This document shows, one piece after another, positions 51,301-63,567 of a stretch of 64,000 nucleotides of DNA (its first letter is position 1; each line of letters begins with the position of its first letter). The position numbers and the translations under genes are program-made. The notes under the pieces are model-generated. The model was not told where the DNA came from. It did not search any database and worked only from the letters and a program-made list of their open reading frames with translations. Source of the DNA: Tubiluchus corallicola (taxonomy: Eukaryota; Animalia; Priapulida); assembly GCA_030141605.1 (NCBI GenBank), contig JAQGDQ010000326.1, forward strand, positions 204,369 to 268,368, in the 5' to 3' direction.

Positions 51301-52456
51301 TATTTTTTGCGGTGATTATAGCATACAGGAATGCAGCATATGACTACCCCTACATAGATATATCTTCTCCTTTATGTTGATTAAAGCATCAACGTGAACA
51401 CTTTGCCGATGGACTTTGATGTGGAGAACTTCATCCCTTATAGCTTGTCAATAATTTAAACATTTCCTATCTTAGGTCGCTCACACTAAAAGCGATTCAA
51501 CTAATTAAATGATTTTCCTTTTGATTAAATTTGAGCCTGCCGATGATACTCCAGATGATACTTAGTTCCTATAACTTCTAGATTGCAGTTACGACAAAAA
51601 TGGATTCAGGTAAATTCAGTTGCAGAGAAGCTTACAGAACTCACTGAATAGAACATAGAAGATAATTTCTCACTCAAACCACAAGTAGACCAATCACATG
51701 TATATTCATTTTTCAGTATCTCGGCAAAAAGTCAATAGCAAATGTGAAGTAACATTAAGCCGTTAGCTCATTAAACACTAAAACCAGAGCCATGCTTTCA
51801 GCTCTAAGGAACATGATCCATTAGCTTGTTTAATAGTGTTTAGACAAGTCTCAAAGGCGTTAACATTTAATAAGACGAACACACTTCTAAACAATATTCA
51901 CAGGATGTTAGCTATGGCTAGCTACATACACTATGGCTAGATAAGGCAGCACTGAAGCAGATATAATACACACTTGTCTTTTAACATTGAAATGCTGTTG
52001 TATTGTCATTGATAAAGATTGCACATGAGATTACAAGAAGATATAATTACATTTAGGTGTATTTACAATAAAAATGAGGTGAATGTTATAGATGGTACAA
52101 TTCAACAATTATTTGAATTTTGAAACCAAACTTGAAAAACTAGAAATGTGAAAATGTTGTAATATAGCTTATCCCTTACAAATGGCCATAAGATTCACCA
52201 TTTTCACATTTCCAATATTAGTAACAAAGATCGCTCATGGCTCAAGCTTGCCTAGAGTGATTCTAACAAATTACGAATTAGATGAATTTTAATCTCGATT
52301 AATTTTGTTCCTAAAATTACACACTGACAGACAGATGCAACTAGCATTCTGTACATGCTCGTACTGCTGTCGGCGTAGGATCGTATGCAGCTTAACAATC
52401 AGCTACTAGTTTATAATTACGTTCATTCAAATATACGATATATATATAATGCGAGC

Positions 52457-52760
52457 GTGACAGTGCATTAATTTTCAAGACAAAGTAAGTTACTTTTCAA
52501 CAGCTAAAAATACCAAAGAAAATGTTCAGTTAAGGTAATACTTTTACTCAAGTAACTGCCTTGCTTATTTAATAACTACCTTACTAATCACAGCTGTCAA
52601 AACTATAAAACAAAAACACGATCTCTTACAACTCAATTAAAAAATAATCTTCGCCACTATTGATTGATTAGCGATCGTACAGTAAAAGTTTATACTGCGC
52701 ATGCGCATATGTTTCTGCATGTGCCCGTGTGCTGCTGCGCAATTGACCATCATTTCCGTT
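52457..52760. promoter_or_regulatory. Putative bidirectional promoter between POMP and the VEGFR/PVR-like gene
   Basis: Perfect NRF-1/Ewg palindrome TGCGCATGCGCA at 52696-52707; ARE consensus GTGACAGTGCA at 52457-52467; donor sites face outward on both strands (about 52628 and 52773 on minus, 53049 and 53431 on plus). Confidence 0.6.
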
Positions 52761-54301
52761 AATTCCAGCTTACCGAGTTTAGTTTAGAAACTTTGTTGCG
52801 TCTTAATGTCCGGTGTAGATGTTAGAATATGTGGGTTGTTCAACGTGCAGAATACATGTATAGTGTAAATCGGTTATAGTCTTCAATTTTATAAGTACAC
52901 GGTTTATAATTAAATGGGTTAAGCTGGAGCCAGTATAATAATATCATAGTGCATTGGATTGTTCGTGAGTTTATTGGGGACAGAAATATTCAAGCTTTCA
53001 ATCCGTGTCTCAAAACCCACTGGACGGTGGTAGAAAAAGGCGAACTGGGTAAGTAAACCAGTAATAATTAATCATTAGTAATTTGAATAGACGACTGAAA
53101 GTGAAGTGTGCAATGTGTTTTCTGCTATGATATAAAAGTAAAAAGCTTGTTATATGTTGCTATATTACAATGCTGCATAAGCCTTTTCACAGTTTCGTTG
53201 TGCGCACGCGCAGTTGCTGTACGTCGAAGGTCAAGTGTACCGCAGCAATGCGTCTTAACTACAGCCCGTCACGTGACATATGGGTAAAGCAAAACCGTCT
53301 GGTGCACCAATTCAGTAACTTCACTTCAGTTGTTTTGTGTGAACTTCATTTAATTATGCATTACCATTAGTCTGTGCATAGAGTGATTTAATAGCAGGAT
53401 CTTGCTTGGGAATAAGAAAAAATGAACCAGGTAAGGTTCTAGCTAGCTGTAAAACTGTTAGTGTTACTGTTACGATAGCATGGGCTGCAAGGCATTGTCA
53501 AGTGTATGCAAATGTGTTGTCTGGTACATTTAACCTTTGACCTTTTGATGAGCATCATCAATCGCTGAAATTGTGAAAAGGCTTATTACTGCATGAGTGG
53601 TGTTTATGATGTTAGTACAGTAGTCGCCGCTTAGTGTAGACTGCAGAGGTTGAGAACAGCAGCATGACAGAATACACTTTTTGGCTTGCTTCTTTTTGAT
53701 GTGGGTATACGGAAGCCTCATAGAAATATTGGTATAGCCACTGTATATTGCCTTAATAAAACCTGCTGCATTTTAAAACCATTAGGCAGAATTATCCCCA
53801 TAGAAGCTACTGCACACTGTTAAGAAAATTGAGTTAATGAAACCTGTGCAACATTTAATATGACCTCATTTTCAGTAGCAGTCTTACCAAACAATAGCAA
53901 TATAAAAAAATAATGTATTTTTGGTAGTTTAGCTGTCTTTTAAGATATTCTATTAAAATTTAAAGTCCTGTTTCCACAAATTCTGCCACAACAAAGCCTA
54001 TGTGTTGGTTCAATATGGCATATGACATACGTATGTATTGGCAAATTCATTTTTTTGTATTGTATTTTGTTATAAATATTTAAAAATTTATCGTAAATAC
54101 TAAACAATTGCTCAAAATCACTAAAATAAAATAATTTTTAATGTACTTAAATATCTTATAAATGTTTGAATCATGTATTCGGTGCCAAGCTATTTTATTT
54201 TCATATACTAGTAATAATTTGTTGATGTGAACAGGTGCACTGTGGAGTGTTGTCTACTGAATGCATGTGAATAAAAGAAATGAATACTCTACAAAAGTAA
54301 C

Positions 54302-57300
54302 ATGAGATTCACTGAGTATCACTGGTTATTCACAATCATCAGTAGAAGAGCATGTTTACATACAAGCTTTGTATTAACTGCAGTTCTTGTTTCAACCCTG
54401 CTGTTGCCTGGAAAGTGTGAAGATGAGAATGCTGGTAAGATGAGATATACTACGTTTCTTTGAGTTGACTCACTTTTTACGATATATATATATCGTAAAA
54501 AGTGAGTCAACTCATAGAAATGTAGTTATATTATATTGTATCCTTATATTATAATATTACAAGTGCATCGGTGAACTTATATTATACCATGGGAGTGGTA
54601 TTATAGGATTGTGCTGAATTTTAACTAATCATGTATACAAATCTTCTTTGTCATAGTTTATACTTTGTCATAGTCTTTGCTTACTTTGCTTATAGTCTGA
54701 TAAGGCTGCCTGCACAGCAAACGTTTAAAGTCATAAAGTGTTTGCTATTTCTTTTTTTAAACCTACATTTGGTGTAGCCGGTTAGTGTGTACATCCGATT
54801 AGATATTGACTTTGAGTGTGACTGACATGTAGCATATCTGTATCGTTAGTTAAATTATAGACGAACAGTTTGAATAAATGCCACTAAAAATATTTGTGTT
54901 CTCTGAGTATACAATGTATTATGCAGCTTAATACAGAACAATTCAATAAACTTGATCAGCGCTGATGGCACAATAACGCCTGCACTGAATAGCTTAAATG
55001 CAAGTGTAGATAAATTTTTATTAAATTTATTCACCCCAGAGCAGGATTATCGTAACCTCTATTAAAGCACCCATGATACTAATATATCTTTGCATTACAA
55101 TTTCTATTATAGTGATTCAGTTGACGTTGCTATTATATCAATTATGAAGTTATGTTAGACTTCTTGAGGTGACAACAAAAAAAAATCATCAAAGTTTTTT
55201 TTACAAAAATAAAGCATTTTGTTTCTGGGCTGGTTTACAGCCTGGTCATATAATTCTTTTTTTTTGGTGCATTGTTCTTTATGTATTATTACTGACTGCA
55301 CTTTTCATTTCATTGTAATACATGAGTTACAGTTTTAATAATATTATGGCAAATTGCTAAACATTGTTCATTGAAAAGTGCAAGATACACATTTGAACTG
55401 TAGTTAGTTGGTTACTAATTAGAATGACTGCTGTTATGTGCAATGTGACGTGTGTACTAAGTCGTACCTAAGTTTAGTCATTACAAACGTGCATCTCTCT
55501 ATGTCACTGACAGGAAGAGGCTGTTTGCTTTGCAATTTAATACACCAACTATGTTAACTTCCTCTAAATATATATGATAAGAACTCATATGGACCTATTT
55601 GACTATTTTTGTAACAGTAAATAGGCGGGAAAAATTTTCTTGTGCATTAAGCGAACCACTGTGTAAATTCCGTTGCTGTTTTCTGCTCATTAATGTTAAT
55701 CTGATATCAGTCGTTCTCAATTTCTCATAGGAATCCATTTGTAAAACCTCAAAATTCAGTGTTCTCCGGCATTCTGCATTTAATAAGAATTTTGTAAAAA
55801 TCTCTAACAATTTTACTTTTTGCTCATAAAAAACATTCGTCTAACACGTATTTGCAAATTGTCGAAAGCAGCCTAGGCTTGTATAGCAAGCCTCTACATA
55901 TTCTTGCTTGATGTTTTACTTTATATAACTCTCAAAATGAAAAAAAACTTATGAAGCATAACCTTGATTTGTGTAAACTGTCCAGGAAATTAGTTTAATT
56001 CTGTTCCTTATTATTACAGTACCTTCATGAGCTTTTTTCTTGTTTACTCTATGTCAAAGTATTGGAGATACCATTACCAGGTCTGTGTGATACACTATGT
56101 ACGCCTACCAAAATAGAAACAAATTCTCCAGGACCCTTGATTTCCTTGAGATTTGCTGACCACTGCTGAACAGTTTTTGTACAGCTGGATAATCCTAACG
56201 CAGTTTAAACAGTTTTTCTTTTCAATTCCTTTATAGAGCTCTTAACCTTGCCTACATATTGGCCCATGTAAGCCAACAATTACCACGTGTATTATTCGCT
56301 ATTTTATTGCCAAAATCATACAGCATGCTTAATTTATTATTAATTATTCTGTTTCTCACGTCATTTTCTCTTCCCATAGTGTTTCTGAATTAAAATATAT
56401 TGCATGCCAGAAAAGTTAATGCCTGAATAAGACTGAAAATATTTGGCTAAAATTTGTTCTAGCTGACTAGTGGTGTCTGATTAGTGATTTCTACATTTAA
56501 TTAACTGTTAATGTTAACACGGAGAAAATGAGAAAATCTCCATGTATTACATAATATAGCAAATAAAATGTGCTATTTGTTTAAAAAACGATATCTCTTG
56601 TATTTTGCTTCCATTTTCACAGAAAATGTAGAAGCAATGGCATTTAAGGAAATTCCTAGAAATTCCTTTGCGTAGCTTATTATGCAAATAGTTGTAACTA
56701 TCAGAAAAAATCAGAAGTAATGAAGTTTCGAAACAGAGGTCATCTTGCAAAAAATAATGTTTTTATATATAGTAGCTAATAAACCACTGCAAATTGTGAG
56801 GTCTTTCGAATGTCATAGTATTATGTTACAGTTGTCCTTAGTAACATCTTTGTATTGGGAAACATGTCAATGAAATTGGTTATAGTAACTCAGAGCGATC
56901 CTAATTTCCATTTATTGTTATTACAAACTTCTTTGCAATTGTTTTATATCAAATTTTTACCCATAATGACGTATGCAATTAAAAGTTTGTGAGAAAATAA
57001 TGTCAGAAAACCTTAAGAAACTTGATTCTGTTAGAGTAAGTACCTTAACAGAGTGACTTTTTTGCTTGTCTACTAACACTGTCAGTTACCATAATTAATC
57101 TGTTACATAATATTACCAGCTTTGTATAAATATTGCAGAAATGTTTGATCTTCCACATACTCCTGCAATGAATAGTTTGTTAAATAATTATGTATATTAT
57201 TATAATATTAGTTATGTTAGTCAGTACTGTATGCACCACTACTCTAGTTGTCAAAATTCTTTTACTTTTTTTGGTGGCATGAAATTTTTATTGCTTTTTT

Positions 57301-60300
57301 AACGAATTTCTTATGCCCTATAAAATACCTTGTATATATTAAGTGATTACACATGCTAAAAAGTTTACTAGTTTAATACTCAGTATTTGTTCTAGTTTTG
57401 CTGTGCACTAAAAACAAACATTTTTAATGGGTTTCGTTTCTTTGGATGATAATGCCAATGTATAAATTCTAAATGATGCCGTTATGCCTAGTCATAGAAG
57501 AATTTGAATTTTTTGCCCAAATGTGCAGCCGTAATGGCAGCCGGCCCAAGTCCAAAATTTGGCAGTGGCAATGTCTTTGTTGTTTATGCACATCCTTATC
57601 ATGTTTTATATGTTATTGGAGTCTAGATATTTGTTTATGGGGTTCTCTGCTGCACTGCCCTTTCACTTCCTTTCTGATTCAAAGTAGATTTCCTAAAATG
57701 TAAAATTGCGGCCAACGTGGCCGATGAAAAATTGAAGTGGCCATCTGTTAGAAAGGTGTGCTTTGTACCTTATCATTTGTATTCTTAAATAGTGCCCATT
57801 TATGATACAAAATTCACCAAAACAATTGGGTGTGCCGCAAGGATCAGTTAGGCTGTTAACTAATAGTGATTTAGTTTTCTAATTAAACTGTATAAGTCTA
57901 TTATTATTATATATTTATGATGTTGTCTTGTACTACTTATTTAGATACGTTTGTAACCAGTCGTCCGCCATATCTCAACATATCCAGTTATTACTATGAC
58001 ATATCTAGTGGAGAATCGTTCAGTGTGGTCTGTATGGGAGATGCGCCTGTCTTGTGGCAGTTTGAGGTATCATTTCTGTATGATTAAATATAACAGCGAT
58101 TGAATATTCTGATATATATATGGAAATACAAGTGGTAATAATACGATATATAACATAATATTATCTTCTTTTTTGCTATTTTTTCAGTCTAGACAATTGT
58201 AGTTTAACACGTCTAAGATGATAAAATTTTGTCATTAAACTTTTTATGCGTAATAATGATAAACTGGAAGAGGTCTGTAATTAGTCAACAAATTTCTCCA
58301 AAGATCTTTATTGGCTGCAGAAAGTTGCATATTAGCAATTCAGCATTTTAGTGATGGGCGATTATTCGTTTTATCCATGTGTAACCAGTAATTCAATTAA
58401 TTGAGAGTAAAATATAAGTGCTATATACTGACTAGAAGGCAGTGATTCAGTACAAATAAACAGAATCTGCATTTTTTCTTAGATTTTATCATTTTATACA
58501 ATGCGCACAGCCACCGTGTTGGAAACTTGGGGGTTCAAATTCATTGGCATGTGACACGTGTAGTGACGTAGTCATAGAGTAGCTAACGAAAAAGTGGTGC
58601 TTGTCTATAAAAAGTTTGCGAGTACGAAAGTGACAGACAGCGGCGAAAGCTGTGTAGTAGTTTGCATGCTATATTTCTCTGCAATCATTGAAAAATATGG
58701 CTAAAATGTTAAAACATTGTCGCAAAAGATTAATTGTGATACCTCATTAGAAGAACAAGATTATAATTGAATTGCAAAATTTCGCTACAGCCACTCAGTT
58801 TTACATAATTCGGAACACCGAAAGTCGGAATCTGACATTTAAGTGGCAGGTTTTACATAAAATAGTTGATTTGTGGCAGGACTGGAAGTTAACCTCTTAA
58901 CAAGACGTGTCTCTAAGATGAACTCTTGAACTGGCAGAGGTATCTCAGCTGCCCTTGGGTACACACACACACACACACACATATGTCTTTGTGTGTGTGT
59001 TCCCTGCACCTGCTAAACAGTCATGATCAGCCTGGCAAATGAAACCGCTTAACGTGAGAATCGAAGCGAATCACCCATCCATTAACGGATTAGCATCGGC
59101 ACCATTTTTAACTTCGGTTGCCAAACCCAACACCTTAACCACTCGGCCGTGTAGCTCACAGTCACTCTTTAACAGAGTTTCTACCTATATTTTGCATAAT
59201 TAAGAGTTAATATTTTTGTCTTTATATGATGAATGCAGTGCAGGTTATTACATCTATTTTCAGCCTTTTAATGACAACAATGCAAGAGTGAGAATCTGGT
59301 CATCTGTCGATCCACAAACAGATCACAATGCTGCTTACGCCTCTATTCTGAAATTAGATAATGCCGTTTACAACGACACCAGGTTGTTTGTGTGTGGATA
59401 CACAGTATCAAGTAGTCAAAATAATCTTCAGACGTTATTTGACGACCCAGGCCTTAGTGCAAAAATCTACCTGTTTGTTAATGGTATGTGATCAACTATT
59501 GTGACTAGGTAGAAATTTTTAAAATACCTCTGAAAAAGATTGAAGCTCGTTCAAATTTATTATTTTGTTTTTGGATTTTCTGTTCTTTGCTGCAGTAATG
59601 TATAGAAACTTGTATTACTATGCTGCAAAGAAAAAAATTATTATTAAAAATTATCATAATTATTTAGTTTATTTGTTTACCTAGAGTTCTAGACAGTTTT
59701 ATGTTTCGTTCATGTTGTTTTTAGTTTTATTAAATTTTTATGGAGAAAAAAGCATGATTTAATTTTTTTACTTTTTTCTTCAAAGTGTTTTAGCTAGCCA
59801 AAATTGATTGGTATTATGCTATCACAATATTACAAAGGAAATTATTTCTGCATTTCTTACAGATCCTGAGCATTTTCACGTCGTAACAGCAGTGCCGTCT
59901 ATGATAGGACCGCCATACAACTTATTTTTAGCACTTAAGCAAGGGATACCGACCATTATCCCATGTCGACCAACAAGTTCTCGAATTGAAACCAAACTTT
60001 TTAAAATGATCAACAATGGCGAAGAAGTAGAGCTAGGTAAGTGATTTCTTATTACCTTTTTGATATACCCTACAGTCTGCTATCAATACATATTAATACT
60101 AAACATATTTCTAGTATTAAAATATTCTAGTATCTGAGAGTCTAAATTTATGTTTAACTTACAGTTTAAAATTATAAACGCGAACAAGCTGTGTGTCCAT
60201 TAAATACTGTTGAAATTAATTTTATAGTGGTTTTGTATTTTATAGGCGATGATATTACGTTCGATCCTACTGTTGGTTTTACCATCAAGTACGTGAACAA

Positions 60301-63300
60301 CTACTACAGTAACAACTTCCAATGTCGTTTTACTTTGGAGAAAGTGACGAAATCCATTCAAGTGGTTATATTTTATCAACGTTAGTATTTGTGTATTTCA
60401 GAGTCAGGTGTATTTTACGATACAAAGTTGAATTAATTATAGTATATAGATGTTCTTAGATTACATTAACAGGTATTGTCCATTTCATGTTATGTCACTC
60501 TCATACATGTGCAGTTTGGGTTGGAAAGTGGTCTGGAATATGAAGCGTTGGACGATAGTTTATTGGGTTCTTCTGCCCAAGTGTCTGGACATGTCATTTA
60601 GAATGCCATTTACCATTGCCTTTGAACATGTTTTTTCACTAAAATTTAGAGGAGTTTGCAATTCCCCACACCATTTAGATACCCTAATCCAAACGCCAAC
60701 ACTGACCCTAATCTGTTTCGTGAACTAATTTCTTGTGTGTGGGGAATTGTCAACAATAGCTAAATACAGAGTGGCAGTATCGAGTTGTCACATTATTGAG
60801 ACTTATTACATGAATGACAACACGAATGAGACTGGTATCACTATAAACCTGTTTAAAGAGTTATTTTACAAGCAAGTAAACCAAAAAGATGTAAATGTTG
60901 CATTATTAATAGTTTATTTTCTAGTATGTTTAAGGCAGTTAACTACCAACATACAGAATTCTTTCATGTTTTCTTGTTTGAATTTCAGCAAATTATGGAT
61001 ATGTATCACCACCTGAGATACAGGGCATTGATACTGAGCACATTGTAGTAGGAAGTAAATTTCAGCTGGTATGCAGAGCTCGAGTACAGAACAATGTCAT
61101 CATAAATGTGAGCTGGAATAAAAATGTACGTTTTTATCTGTTTGCCTTAAATGTCTTACCTGTACTTCTTTCACTGCTATTTTTAAGTATCATAAAAATC
61201 ATAGTTCAGCTTGTTACCAAGGGTATTTCTTTATGTGGGTGTACCTTACTGTTGTTAGCGATTACATATTGTTTTGTACACTTTCTTGCAAAACTAGAAA
61301 AATTGATCTCGAAATTTTCACGTGTCTGCTAGCCCGATGGGACAGCAAACAGTCAAAAGTAGTGGCATTTATCTTTTTGAACTTCTTGAACAAACACTTT
61401 CTCTGTGCTCATTTCACTAGGTTAAGTGACACTAATAATATTTTGACCTTGCATAGAGTTTTGCAACTGCACTTGGGCTACTGCCTCGGCCTTTCATAGT
61501 AACCCACTTAATGATTTGCAAAATCACATTCTTAAGGTCTTACTCGTTCAATGTCTGTTGTTGCCTCTTTTGCCATTACTTTGTAGAAAGAACTTTTGCT
61601 GCTTTGGTGATGTTTCTCCACTTGTTTTGCCGACGTTTTCCACACTTTTACCTTAGACATTCCTAAATTCAGAAATAGTTGTGTCATTGGAAACCCCTTG
61701 GAAATGATTGCGTTAGCAACTAGTAACCTTTTTAGCAGTAGCTGATAAAGAACAATTGTTGGAATAAGTATTTGTACAATGATTTATTCTTAGGAATTGT
61801 TACAGTTTTAGGTATGGTTAAAGCTTTCATAATTGTAATACAGGTATTACAAATAAATTGTTATCTTCGTTGACGTAAACTTGTTTAAATAAAGACAGTA
61901 GTCCATTAGTGAGTTGATTTGTTGCTTGTGGTATGTTAATGCTAATAGTTTTGCTATTATAAATTTTGCCTTTTTCACTTAATGTGTCTCAAGATTATTC
62001 TTATTGATTTGGTATGAATGTATTACATATGAGTATTGCCCTTTTTAGTCTACAGATGATGGTCGCATCACTATCACTCCACCGAGAAGAAATATTGTAG
62101 ATAAAGATGACTACAGTTACACGGAAGTCAACACGTCATTAATTGTGCAGTCCGCAGAGCTGTCTGACCGAAGCGTATATCGTTGCAAAGTTGTTGACCA
62201 CGCTGAGAACGAAAACCATGTGGATATGAGCATACATGTTTATGGTATCTGTGCAAAGTTACTTTCTTTAGAGTTTGATATTTATGTTGGTTAAAGGATT
62301 ATAAGGGTCTGGCAAATGAAAATAAATTTTGGAAAATAAACTGCGCGGAATGATTGCATTTGCAGCATTAGTACGTTTATAATTTTAGTAATAATATATT
62401 GATAATAGTTAATGCTGCTGGTATGTTCACTATAATGCTACACCTATTCCTAATAATTAAGGTCTTGAGGTCTAAGTTGCAACACTGCATTATTTTAAAT
62501 TATATTCTCAATGTGTTTTTCTAGCACACTTACATTTAAGCAATTTTTTGCAAATGTGTTAATTTTTTTTTAATTTACTATGTTTATGCCACTGTGAGAA
62601 AAAACGTTAGTCATGTTTTTATTTGGTAGTTACCCTCACTTTGGTCCACTCAGTTTTTTTTGATTTCTGTTTTGCACAGTTGCTAAACTAGATGTAATTT
62701 GGTAAATAACACTACATAAAGCAGTTTTATAACATTTAAATGTTGTTTAAATACTTCTGTTTATTTGCATATTTGGCATATTGTGTTTGTTCTTGCTCTG
62801 TAATATAAGAACTATTGACAAAATGTCACTTGCTCAAACAGGAATGTATGAACTAGATTAAAAAATATATTAGCATGATTTTGTGCAATATCAGTATAAT
62901 TATAATTTATTTTACGCTTATTTGGCTGTTACTTTTTTTCAGAAACTTCTACTCCGTTCATTCAGCTACGGACGGCTGTTAGTAAAATTGAGGTACCAGA
63001 GAACCAAGAAGTGGTTACATTTGCTGTAGATATTACTGCTTGGCCGCGGCCTGAATTTCAATGGATGAAAGGTATTTCTTAGCTATAGACAGTATATTGT
63101 TTGTATCTTTTTATATATATAGCTTGAATATTTTACTCAAGTATACAGTATATACTCAAAGTATACTCAACAACAGACAGTATATTGTTTGTATCGTTTT
63201 GTATAATTGCTTGAATATTTTACTGTTTAAACCAAATGAGGTAGACTATATTTCACTGATAGTGCTATTTTTTAGGTGGTATTGTTTTGCCAAGTTACGG

Positions 63301-63440
63301 TCGGTATGAGATGTTTAATACCTCCTCGAAGGCTGTGCTGCACATATACCAGCTTGCAGTGACTGATGCTGGTATCTACACCTTGACTGGAAGCCTCCCA
63401 ACTGTTACAGAACAAATAGATATACATCTCCTTATAAATA
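54302..63440 (+). CDS. Pvr: VEGFR/PDGFR-related (PVR) receptor ectodomain: signal peptide and Ig1-Ig4; gene continues past the right edge
   Basis: Exons 54302-54434 (signal FVLTAVLVSTLLLPGKC), 57945-58066, 59264-59483, 59863-60036, 60246-60380, 60989-61125, 62049-62244, 62943-63071, 63276-63440, all phase-compatible GT-AG. Ig1 VVCMGDAPVLW..LFVCGY..IYLFVND; Ig2 IIPCRPT..FDPTVGF..FQC; Ig3 LVCRAR..VSW..SDRSVYRC; Cys-less Ig4 AWPRPEFQWMK..TDAGIYT. The kinase domain is outside the window, so the family call rests on the ectodomain. Confidence 0.88.
54449..54526. repeat. Long palindrome with a perfect 54-bp core (54461-54514)
   Basis: TGAGTTGACTCACTTTTTACGATATATATATATCGTAAAAAGTGAGTCAACTCA is its own reverse complement; the arms extend about 12 bp further with 2 mismatches. 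Confidence 0.95.
58860..59157 (-). mobile_element. Chimeric tRNA/5S-headed SINE with an internal (CA)n/(TG)n tract
   Basis: Minus strand GGCCGAGTGGTTAAGG (tRNA D-arm/A box), ACCGAAGTTAA..TGCCGATGCT..ATGGATGGGTGA (5S-like) and GCTTCGATTCTC (B-box-like); head similar to 9200-9260. Confidence 0.55.
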
Positions 63441-63509
63441 GTAAGTGTACATTTAAATAAGAACTTGAGAATCTAAATAATATTTGTTTTAAGAGACTAT
63501 TATTCTTTA

Positions 63510-63522
63510 GTAATTATTATTA

Positions 63523-63567
<45 letters not shown>
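63510..63567. repeat. (TTA)n microsatellite
   Basis: Direct reading of the sequence. Confidence 0.95.

Noticed and set aside
57473-57703. Hydrophobic ORF as the receptor signal-peptide exon
   Set aside because: Only a weak donor; 54302-54434 has a better signal peptide, a strong GTAAGA donor and the correct phase
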